Below are positions 1-9,869 of a DNA stretch of 38,865 nucleotides, piece after piece. Source of the stretch: Chiloscyllium plagiosum (Eukaryota); the NCBI RefSeq assembly GCF_004010195.1, contig NC_057719.1, forward strand, positions 77,536,743 to 77,575,607. The letters run 5' to 3'. Numbering within the stretch: the first letter of the stretch is position 1; each line of letters starts with the position of its first letter. The notes under the pieces were generated by a model. The model saw only the letters and a program-made list of their open reading frames with translations. It ran no database searches and was not told the origin of the DNA. Position numbers and translations under genes: made by a program.

Positions 1-769
1 TATTGACCAGAAGTCTTCGATAATTGATTGAGTACAACCCTCTCTTCCCCAAGGTATATATTTATGAGAAAATCCTTCATCCCCCTTGAATTCTATACTG
101 TAAACCTTTGGCTCATTAGAAAACCTAAATGCAAAAGGTGTGTTTGTTCTGCCCACTTGCCAGTTCCATTTCACAGGAAAAGGATGTTGAGGGTGCTGTC
201 TCGTGTAGTGTTGGCACTTCCCTGATTCTTGTGTGCACTGGAAACAGCCGTTATCTATGTCGAATGGCATTGTATGGCTGAATAAACATTTACTTCTCTG
301 CAAAATACTTCAACCCACTCAGTTGCTATGGACCTAGCTCGCACTGTGGCTGGAACTTCAGTCAGAGTCAGATAGCCTAACATCAGACGTAATCTAAACA
401 TGATTCACTGTGTGCAGAGTAAAGTCCACTTTTGTGCAACCAACAGAGCTTTTCAACACCAAAATGACACAGTGTAAGGCCAGAGGCCCAATTTTCTGAT
501 CCCAATCACATTGAGAGCAAAGTTATGCAAGTCACTCACGCAACTGGAAAATCCATCTTTGTGTTTCTGGCTCAGTTTGACCAACCCGAACAAAAATCCA
601 AGAAATGAAAGAGAGAAAAAAATGCAAATTCACTGAGCTGGATTCAAAGGAGCCTGCTGGAGTTGGTGACGTGGCACCAGCTAATTGACATGGAGTCGGC
701 TAATCCTGCTCATTATTGAGACATTTGAAGTTCATTATCCCCAAGCCCACTGCAATTCAATGGTCATTC

Positions 770-1005
770 AGGGAATCCTCCTAACTTGAAGTTTGCACAT
801 TCTCCCCATGTCTGCTCCTGTTTCCTCCCACAGTCCAAAGATGTGCAAGGTTAAGTGGATTGGCCATGCTAAATTGACAATAGTGTGCAGGGATGTAGAG
901 GCTAGGTGGATGAGCCATGGGAAATTCAGGGATTGGGTTGAGGTGGTAGGTCTAGGTAGACTTGATGGACCAAATAGCCTACTCCCACACTGTAGTGATT
1001 CCATG
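770..1005 (+). mobile_element. HE1-type V-SINE, 5'-degraded
   Basis: V-domain-like text GTTTGCACATTCTCCCCATGTCTGC...TTTCCTCCCACAGTCCAAAGATGTGCAAGGTTAAGTGGATTGGCCATGCTAAATTG from 791, followed by a CR1-like tail (GGACCAAATAGCCT...CTGTAGTGATTCCATG). It is homologous to 17623-17789. Confidence 0.85.
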
Positions 1006-1049
1006 CCAAGTAAGTTTGTTTCCAAGTATTAGGAATATATATTAAAAAA

Positions 1050-2040
1050 GATTTCCCTCTGGTGGTTGCATTACTGGGTAGGGTCACTATTCTCAGTGGC
1101 GCTGATGGGGCATTGGAGAGCTGCCAGTCTCTAACTCACCAGCAGCTCTCAGAGGCAGGACTTCCACTTCCTGGGGTCCTAAATCCCAGGGAAGACCCAA
1201 TGCTGGCCACCGAAGTGCCTGATAACTGAATTTTGTTAGGTCTCCCTCATGAAGTGCCATAAATCTGCTGTTTCTTCAACCAATACAGGGCAGGCATCAG
1301 GAACACTGCATCAAGTTCACTGTCATCACATTCCTTCTGATATTCAGCCATAGGATAGCATTTAATGTATGACCATGTGCTTAACCCCCAGTCTGGACCA
1401 TTAATTGACCAATGTTGGGACTAATGATCCTCTTACTCCACAGACATCTGCAGAGGAAGTCCTGTCTCCAAGGATTGTTGGCCACCCGGATTAGCCAATA
1501 GCTGTTTGGTCCCAAGAGTGCCACCAGGAACAGTGGACTCTGTTGGAACTGCAGCCACACCCATTGAAAAAGAGCCAGGTGCACGGTAAGTTTATGGAGC
1601 TCACAATCAGCCTGGACAGGAAGGATTGCTAAGGTGGGAGTTTTGAGGTGAGAGATGGGTAAAAATTTCAGGGAGGGAGAGGGCACTGATAATGTTGAAA
1701 CAGTGTGGAGAGCTCGATGGAGATCTGATTGGAAACGATAGCCTGTGAAGGAAATAACACTTCTTTTCCACCTGATGGCCAAACAGGCTATCCTGCTGGG
1801 AACGTTGTCCTCTTCCTACTGGCTGGAAAATTGCAGTTGAGGTGGGTATTGACCCTTAGTTGAACACTTAGAGCCTCAATGGCAGTGAGGATGGGCAGGC
1901 TACCCTAGGCTTACCCCACCGCCCAAATTGCAATGCCAAGGTTGGGACTGGCAGAAAGGCAGCAAGAAAGTCAGCTGTAGATCTTCAAAGACCCTTTGTC
2001 GCCTGCAAAGTACACAAGCCGAGTGTTAAAATTCTGCTGA
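1050..2040. repeat. Decayed GC-richer interspersed repeat(s), possibly non-autonomous DNA transposon or MITE-like
   Basis: Perfect 9-bp stem GAGAGCTGC (1116-1124) / GCAGCTCTC (1142-1150); the GAGAGCTGCCAG motif recurs at about 16562; the region ends in TAAAATTCTG. No coding signal, and boundaries are approximate. Confidence 0.3.
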
Positions 2041-2042
2041 AG

Positions 2043-2195
2043 GAATCATGGAATGGTTACAGGATGGAAGGAGACCATTCAGCCCACTGTGTACGCGAAT
2101 TTTCCCCGCAAGAACTTGGCTAGTCCTACACCCTTGTCATTTGCTTTTAGTCCTGCAAACTGTTTGCACTTCAGATTATTATCAATCCCTTTTGA
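2043..2195 (-). mobile_element. Old CR1-type LINE 3' end fragment
   Basis: GAATCATGGAATGGTTACAGGATGGAAGGAGACCATTCAGCCCA is the reverse complement of a CR1-type 3' tail; it resembles 25484-25511 plus 26236 onward. Confidence 0.6.
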
Positions 2196-3251
2196 GGTTA
2201 AACAACACTACCTTTAATATATTTTAATATGTGAACAATTACTGTAGATCACCCAATCTATCCGATATTAAATGATAAATCAGCCCTCCCATCTAAAATT
2301 TTGTTCACTGTCGTTCTTTACTAAGCATCCCACTTCGTACTTGGAGCTGCCATTTTGAAAATAAGAGATTTTACAGTTCTGTTGATGCTCCTTGGGAACA
2401 CAATAGGTTTAAAAATAATATTCTTTGTACTTGCTTCAATTAAAAGTAGCACATCTTTAACTTCAGAGTACAGATTTATTCTCAGTGCCCAGCAGAAACA
2501 CAGTTCAGCAAAACTCTTCTTTCACTAAATTGTAATTCAATGTCATGGCATCTTTTATCCATGTTAGAGATATTCTTTTTAATAAAAAGCTCTTTGTGAA
2601 ATGTCCAGTCAAATTAACTTACTCTATCTTCGCTCTATCCTTTCAAAGTCAAAATTCACATAATTGCTTCTTAAGAAGGAAAGCAGATTGTTTGAAGAAT
2701 TATATGTTTCTGATAAATGTGTATTTAGTAGTCACTCATAAAATAGTACCTCACAAGATTCTGTTCTTCAAAAGTTTTTTGTGATTGAGTTAGTGGAGAG
2801 CACAAGTAGACAGTCATGAAAAATTGCACTATTGATGACTTGTTTATTGAATGGTGATCATTCACTACTCTGTTCTGTCCATAAACTTGTGTGGGGCACG
2901 CCAAGTCAAAGAGGTATATTTTCCAAGCTTATGCTTCAGTTGCTGACCGTTTGGGATAGTTCATAAATTTCACAAGCATAGCAGTGAGTCTATGACTCCC
3001 TGATATCTCAATTGCTTATTGCAATGGTTGTAAAATTGAAGAGGATGGATGCTGATGATTGTAAATTTCATGGCTCTGAAGATGCATTGAGCTTCGAGGG
3101 AGGAAAGGCATTTAACTAAATGGGGTGTATCCAAACCATAGCAAATTCTCGCCTCAACCAGAATTAAGTTCACAGCAGAAAAGTCCAAGGTTGACAAACC
3201 CGCCAGTTAAGGACAAGTTAAGGCCCTCAGCCTGCCACTGTTAAAATTAAC

Positions 3252-3339
3252 AACAGAAACAAAAACTCAGCAGGTCTGGCAGCATCTGTGAAGAGAAATC
3301 AAAGTTAACATCTCAGGTCCGGTGACCCTTCCTCGGAAC
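3252..3339 (-). mobile_element. Short Penelope-like-element-derived insert with degenerate minimal hammerhead ribozyme motif
   Basis: The minus strand reads CCGAGGA-A-GGGTC-accg-GACCT-GAGAT-GTTAAC...CACAGATGCTGCCAGACCTGCTGAG, a CUGANGA / stem II / GAAA layout with core substitutions. It is flanked by the direct repeat GTTAAAATTAAC (3240-3251) / GTTAGAATTAAC (3341-3352). Confidence 0.7.
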
Positions 3340-3559
3340 GGTTAGAATTAACCCAGTTGCAAGCAGGTCTGCCAAAGTGCAGTGTGCGTAATGGTTGAGA
3401 GTTAGGTGTTGGAAAAGCACAATAGGTCACAATAGGTCAACTTTACAGGTACCTTGTGAGCTGTGAGCTATGACCCTTGATCAAACGCTATCACAGCCAG
3501 ATTGAGGAACTGGACATAAGGTTGGGGAGACTATTGACAAAAATGCCCTTGTCCTTGCT

Positions 3560-3900
3560 TCCAACCTTTCGCATCCAAATCCTTCTCCCTCCTACACGTA
3601 GCCCAGAAACCACCAAGACCACAAATTTATTCCCTGCAATCTTCGCTGCTCTTCCAGCATCAGTCACCACTTCCTCCACAGTGTTGGTAGTCCTCTCACT
3701 GGGCTGTACCTCCTCACATTGCAGCTTAATTTGAGGTGGCCTTGCCAATACCTGACTGACATTAGTTTCGGTGTTTGTCTTTCCTGGAAAAGGCAGAGTA
3801 GATCTTTTACTGGCTGTCCAGCCGGCTGATGAAACCACACCTACCTGAACAGGATTTCATCTTGCTCACCTCCTCAATGAACCTCGACAGTGAATGGTAT
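3560..3900 (-). pseudogene. Possible heavily decayed Myb/SANT-like (Harbinger-type) coding remnant
   Basis: Frame-shifted minus-strand pieces IEEVSK / EILFR / ERT..QHC / WRKW / KIAGNK occur in the order expected for the Myb_DNA-bind_5 (MSANTD-like) pattern. Several frameshifts are required. Confidence 0.3.
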
Positions 3901-4746
3901 AAATTAGTGGCTCATAGGACCGGACGCCTGGTCCTGTCTTTGCTTAATAGGCATGGGGATCCCTGGATATTGATCTCAATGCAGTTGATTTCTTTGCTTT
4001 CCTTCTCCAAGAATCCAGTGTCTGGTTGTATCATCGCAACAGCCAGAGTTGACACCCTACTCCAGTTTTGATAGCTAGGAAAGTGCCAAATTACATCAAA
4101 ATGCTTTCTGAGAGGAAGCCGAGTCAAATTGACTCCTGCACCCACACTTGAGACAGGCAGCCAAAGAGCATCATCAGCCCAGGTACGGTGCACATTCTGA
4201 AAGTGGCAAAGAATTCATTGCATGGGAGAGTATTTGGGAAAGGTGAGGTTACGGCTTGGAGTAGACAATGGTGGGTGTAGGAGGGAAAGAAAATAAATGG
4301 GTAAGGGGCCCATTAAACAGAATTATCTACTGCAGCACTTCTCATGCTTTTGTGCATATGCGCATACTTATCTGTAAATGAAAGCTCGAACTAAATCAGA
4401 ACATACCTAAATATAGTAATTACAATCACATCCCCTCCTGTTTTGAGGGTATTTGGTTAAATATAGTATGTGAAACATCAGATTTAGCAGCACAGGAAAT
4501 GCACAGACTGAGCCATGATCATGTTGCTATCTTAACAACATGGAGCAGAAGTCTGTGACATATTCTGTTTTAGCAACAGGGATGATTGTCTGCTGAACAA
4601 CAGAGTCCAGTTACAGCAATAAGAATGGGACCTCCCTCTGAATCTGGGCAAAATCCAAACAAGTGAAATCAATGCCTCAGCAAAGCAATAAAGTGAAAAT
4701 ACATTACACCTCAAAAGTCTGGGCCACCCCTGAAAATGTGAATAAG

Positions 4747-4860
4747 AATCATATGTGCAGTACAAAACAGACCATTCAGTCCATCTTGTCTGTCCCAGAC
4801 CTTTTATCCACAGGAGTTATCTTGTCAAGTTTCAATCTCCTGCTCTTCCTTTAGTTGTGC
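4747..4860 (-). mobile_element. Old CR1-type 3' end fragment
   Basis: AATCAT...AGTACAAAACAGACCATTCAGTCCATC resembles the reverse-complemented CR1 tails elsewhere in the window. Confidence 0.4.
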
Positions 4861-5819
4861 TCTTATATAAACAGCTGTATTGCTTTCTTTTTCAGATTAT
4901 CTAGGGACCATCATCCATATCTACATGGGCACTTGATGAAGACAGGATTGCTCCAGAAGTTGAATAGTCTTATGGATTCTGCTTCAACAATGAATTTTGA
5001 CAAATAATTCTCCACTCAAGCCTTAAGCAATCTCTCCCAGATTCTGCTTTAATTCTATTCTCTTTCAACTGTACCCGCAACAAAGCCAGACATGTATTTG
5101 AAATTCTTGAGTTCAAGTAACCTCAGTTTTCCCACTTCAGCACAAGGCTAGTTGAAAAAGATTTTTTTAATGTTTTGGACATCAGCCACATGAGCAAATT
5201 TCTGCTGTATGTGGTAAGCAACTAACTAACTGCTAGTGGACATAAGGAAGAGCCCAAGCTGGAATACAAAGAAATTTCAAGGTAATTCATCCAACAACCC
5301 TGTGACTGTGACTGTCCTGATACATGAATAATATTGGCAGAGGCATAAAATTGGACGCTGGTGTCAGCCCTCTTGATATGGAAATGATGAGTAAAGATAG
5401 TGTCACCTGAATAAGTGATTGTGTTCTCCCTCTTCCATAGAGTATGGCACCATGTCCTTCAAAACCAGACCACAGATGGTCTGAGGTGAGATTAAGAATT
5501 GAGTTTCTGGGAAACGTGCAGAGATACAGGCGACCTATCACTATATTTGGGCAGATTGTCAATGCACTGTTGCAACAGTAACTTTCACAATGTGAGATTA
5601 TTAATCGCTGTCTGCTCGCCATTTCTGTTAATGTTATCTTCCCTGATTCATGCACCACTGACAGCAGGAGTTGTGTTATTCAATGTTAGAATAGTTTAGG
5701 CACTTGCTATTTTATGAACTAAACAACATTTGTTTAATACACTATTCTGAATTCCACAAAATACTACAGAAAGTCAATAGCTTGCATTAATTTAATACTT
5801 TTGATGCACTTCAGCAGTC

Positions 5820-5945
5820 AAGACTTCAGCTCTGGAATTCCACTCCCAGAGACATCTCTTCTTTAAGACACTCCCTGGAGCTGACTGCTTTCATCTGATT
5901 TTTGGCCACCTGCCCTGGCAATTTCCTTCTGTGGCTTTGTATTTA
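5820..5945 (+). mobile_element. L2-type LINE 3' region fragment
   Basis: CTCTGGAATTCC...CTTTAAGACACTCC...TTTTGGCCACCTGCCCT...CCTTCTGTGGCT matches the recalled end of shark L2 ORF2 (LWN..P..FKTLL) and its 3' UTR. Confidence 0.45.
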
Positions 5946-6432
5946 TCATGATGATAAAACACAGACTATTAATCTTTAAAATCTTATAGACTAACTTGAA
6001 AGCCTTGGACTTTGGAGGCCAAGAGAAAAGCAGTTGAAAATGAGCTACTAAAGTCACCTGGTGTGAAAGTAGTCAAATTTACAGGAACGTAAAAAGGCAT
6101 GTCTAATGGCTGGAATGAATGAAGACACCTGGAAAAAATCTATTTAAGGGGTAATTACCTTGATATTAAAATTCACCATTTGAAATGTATAGCTAACAAT
6201 AAGACGTTCAAGTAGCTCTGCATTGGACAATCCTCCAGGGACACCCTGAAACAAAGACTTAAGTCTGCAACTTAATACACAAGGAGAAGGTTTGAACCCA
6301 CCATCCCATCTATATCAAAAAATGACAAGAGAACTCCAACAAGGGACTGGCAAAATGTTTTGAGAAAATGGAGAGTCCCTATACTGGGGCCAAAAGTCAG
6401 ATGTTCACCCATCAAAACTTATCATGGTTTCA

Positions 6433-7915
6433 GGGATTAGATAAATCACCCAGGCTGGATGGACTACACTGCAGTATTCTGAAGGAGATAGCTGAAGAGA
6501 TTGTGGTGGTGATCATTAGGAACCACTAGAGTCAGAGGATGATTCCAGAGGAATGGAAAATTGTTAAAGTAACAATTTAAGAAGGGAAGGAGGCAGGAGA
6601 CAGGAAACTATAGGGCAGTTAGCCTGACCTCAATCAATTGTAAGATCTTAGAGTTCATTATTAAGGATGAGACTGTAGTTTACTTGGAAATGCATGGAAA
6701 AATATGGTTGAATCAGCACAGCTTTGTCAGTGGGAGGCCATGCCGAACAAATCTGTTCGAATTGTTTGAGGATATAATGAGGAAGTTAGACAAGGGAGAG
6801 CCAATGAACATTATCTATTTGGATTCCAAATGGCCTTTGACAAAGTGCTGCACAGAAGATTGCTAAATAATATAAGAGCCCATGGTGTGAGGGGCAAGAT
6901 GGGGATAAAGCAGAATTTTTCAGGATGGTGGCCAATGATTCTTGGAGTTCCAAATGAGTCCATGTTGGGAGCACAACTATTCACATTGTACATTAATGAT
7001 CTAGACAAAGGAACTGAGTGTATTGTTGCTATGCTTTCAGATGTTGCAAAGATAGGTGGAAAAGCAGGAAGCGTTTGAGAAGGCAGTGAGGCTGCAGAGG
7101 AGCTGGACAGGCTAGGAGAGTGGGCAAAGAAATGGCAGGTGGAACACAATGTGGGGAAGTGTGAGATTATGCACTTTGGATAGGAAGATTGGAGGTGTAT
7201 TTTCTAAATCGGGAAAGGCTTCAGAAAGCTGAGGCACAAAGGGACTTAAGAGTCCTAGTTAAGAATTCTTTCAAGGTTAACATGCACGTTCATTTAGCAG
7301 TTAGCAAGGCAAATAAAATGTTAGCAATCATTTCAAGAGGCTAGAAAACAAGAGAAGAGATGTACTGCTAAGGTTCTAGTCAGACTGCATTTGGAATATT
7401 GTGAATAGTTTTGAGCCCCTTTGAGTCTAAGGAAGGCTGTGCTGGCACTGGAGAGGGTCCAGACGAAGTTTATAAAGCACAATCCCGAGGATGAAGACTC
7501 TGGCCTGTAGTCAATGGAGTTTAGAAGGATAAGGGGGATCTGTTTGAAACTTACAGAATACTGAGAGAGTGGGTCTGGAGAAGATATTTCCACTGGTAGA
7601 AGAAACTAAGACCTGAGGGCACAGTCTCAGAGTGAAGGGATGACACTTTAGAACTGAGATGAGGAGGAATTTCTTCAGCCAGAGGGTGGTGAATCTGCGG
7701 AACTCATTGCTGCAAAGGGCTATGGAGTTAAATCATTTAGTGTATTTCAGACAAACATAGATAGGTTCTTGATTAGTAAGGGAATCAAGGATTATGGGTA
7801 GAAGGCAGGAGAATGGGGTTGAGAAACATACCGACCATGATCAAATGGTGGAGCAGCAACTATAGGCCAAACGGCCTGCCTCTGCTCCTCTATCTTAACG
7901 TCTTATCATCTTATT
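6433..7915 (+). mobile_element. 5'-truncated CR1-clade LINE (older subfamily), disrupted RT
   Basis: RT motifs in order across frames: DKSP..DGLH, GNYRAVSLTS, QHSFVSGRPCRTNL, AFDKVLHRRLL, GVPNESMLGAQLFTLYINDL, degenerate FADD (LSDV). These are followed by the C-terminal RRNFFSQRVVNL and a TCTTAT-repeat tail. Confidence 0.9.
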
Positions 7916-7919
7916 ACTA

Positions 7920-7973
7920 AGGTGACCTTATAGAAGTTTATAAAATCCTGAGGGGCAATGATAGGGTAAATAG
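7920..7973 (+). mobile_element. Tiny HER1-type CR1 fragment
   Basis: GGTGACCTTATAGAAGTTTATAAAATCCTGAGGGGC...GATAGGGTAAATAG is homologous to 8149-8201 and 9390-9442. Confidence 0.7.
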
Positions 7974-8044
7974 CTACACACTGAATAATCCCACATCCCC
8001 CACTGTGATTACAACAGTCTCATAAACTGTAACTATACACCATA

Positions 8045-8521
8045 TTCAGAAAAGAGTTACAACGATGTTGCCAGGTTTGGAGGGTTTGAGCTTTAGGGCG
8101 AGGCTGAATAGACTGGGTCTGTTTTCCCTGGAGCATCGTAGGCTGATGGGTGACCTTATAGAGGATTATAAAATCATGAGGAGCATGGATAGAGTAAATA
8201 GACAAGGTCTTTATCCTGGGGTGGGTAAGACCAGAACTAGTGGGCATAGGTTTAGGGTGAGAGGGGGAAAATTTAAAAGGGACCTAAGGGGCAACCTTTT
8301 CATGCAGTGTATGGAAGTAGGGGAGGCATTTAAAAGGGACCTAAGGGGCAACCTTTTCATGCAGTGGGTGGTACGTGTATGGAAGTAGGGGAGGCTGGTA
8401 CAATTACAACAAATGGATACATGAATTGGAACTGCTTGCAAATGGAACTGAATGAGTTTAGGATGAGATGGACCAATGGGTCTGTTTCCGTGCTGTACAT
8501 CTCAACGACTCTATGACTCTA
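8045..8521 (+). mobile_element. HER1-type CR1 LINE 3' fragment with internal tandem duplication
   Basis: Encodes MLPGLEGLSFRARLNRLGLFSLEHRRLMGDLIE (CR1 ORF2 C-terminus) and has a GACTCTATGACTCTA tail. The segment ATTTAAAAGGGACC...GGGGAGGC is duplicated at 8271-8327 and 8328-8395. Confidence 0.9.
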
Positions 8522-8606
8522 CAAAGTACCGGACATTGACAGAATGGACTGAATCTGAAAGATTTGTAATTCAGTGTGAGATTCATAGCTGTTAATCTTT
8601 CATGGG

Positions 8607-8665
8607 ATATGGGTCCAACTGGCTGGCTGGCCAGCATTTTTATTGCCTGTCCCTAGTTACCTTTA
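8607..8665 (-). mobile_element. 3' tail fragment of the SINE-headed LINE family or its SINE
   Basis: Reverse complement of the AAGGGCAATTAGGGATGGGCAATAAATGTTGGCC tail seen at 23900-23933. Confidence 0.65.
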
Positions 8666-9131
8666 GGATGGTTCTTTTTGGAGGGGTTTTCAATGTGAAG
8701 CCTAGCAACTTTTCTTGCTGCGTTTCACCAAACACATCTCATTAACCAACTATCTTGCCACTAAGGCGTCCCTCACAATCCTAGCTTACCACGCACTGAG
8801 CACTGAATAACTCACCACTCAGCAGGTATCTACTGAAAGACTGGCAATGTTTGTGTCTGCACCATATTTAAAAGACCCAGACAAGCACAGGCATTCTTTT
8901 TTAATAAATATTTTTATTGAAAAAATAATTTTGAATTTTTTACAAAAATATAAAATGACTACAAAATAGTAGAACAATTTTGCAATATAGCAACAATAAC
9001 CATGAACAAACTCCTACTCTACACCACAAACAATCTAGGAGGAAAAAGTCTCTACACAAACGGTAATTCAATAAATAACTAAATTCAAACAAAAAGAAAC
9101 TAAATTAAACCAATTTGAACCATTACATTAA

Positions 9132-9753
9132 TTTGGTATGTTTTCTTTTATTGGTCAGAGTATTGAGTACAGGAGTTGGGAGGTCATGTTGCAGCTGTAC
9201 AGGACATTGGTCAGGCCACTGTTGGAATATTGCATGTAATTCTGGTCTCCTTCCTATCAGAAAGATGCTGTGAAACTTGAAAGGGTTCAGAAAAGATTTA
9301 CAAGGATGTTGCCAGGATTGGAGGATTTGAGTGAGAGAGAGAGGCTGAACAGGCTGGGGCTGTTTTCCCGGGAGCGTCGGAGGCTGAGGGGTGACCTTAT
9401 AGAGGTTTACAAAATTATGAGGAGCATAGATAGGATAAATAGACAAAGTCTTTTCCCTGGGGTTGGGGAGTCCAGAACTAGAGGGCATAGGTTTAGGATG
9501 AGAGGGAAAAGATATAAAAGAGACATAAGGGGCAACGTTTTCACTCAGAGGGTGGTATGTGTATGGAATGAGTTACCAGAGGATGTGGTGGAGGCTGGTA
9601 CAATTGCAACATTTAAGAGGCATTTGGATGGGTATTTGAATAGGAAGGGTTTGGAGGGATATGGGCCGAGTGCTGGGTTGGGATATCTGGTCAGCATGGA
9701 CGGGTTGGACCAAAGGGTCTGTTTCCATGCTGTATATCTCTATGACTCTATGA
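9132..9753 (+). mobile_element. HER1-type CR1 LINE 3' fragment inserted in the L1 3' UTR
   Basis: ORF 9270+ encodes KLERVQKRFTRMLPGL...RGDLIEVYKIM...FTQRVVCVWNELPE; tail CTCTATGACTCTATGA; candidate TSD ACATTAA (9125-9131) / ACGTTAA (9753-9759). Confidence 0.93.
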
Positions 9754-9869
9754 CGTTAAGCGCAATTCCACCAAAGCTCCCCATCACCGGGAGCATCAGT
9801 TGGCATACTCATATTTGTTCAGAATTCTTCCTCCCAGAGGCTCCCAGGCCACCAGATACAGCTGCCATG

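Noticed and set aside
4880..5005. Possible terminal exon after a strong TTTCTTTTTCAG acceptor
   Set aside because: The short frames resemble no protein I recognise and no partner exons are evident.
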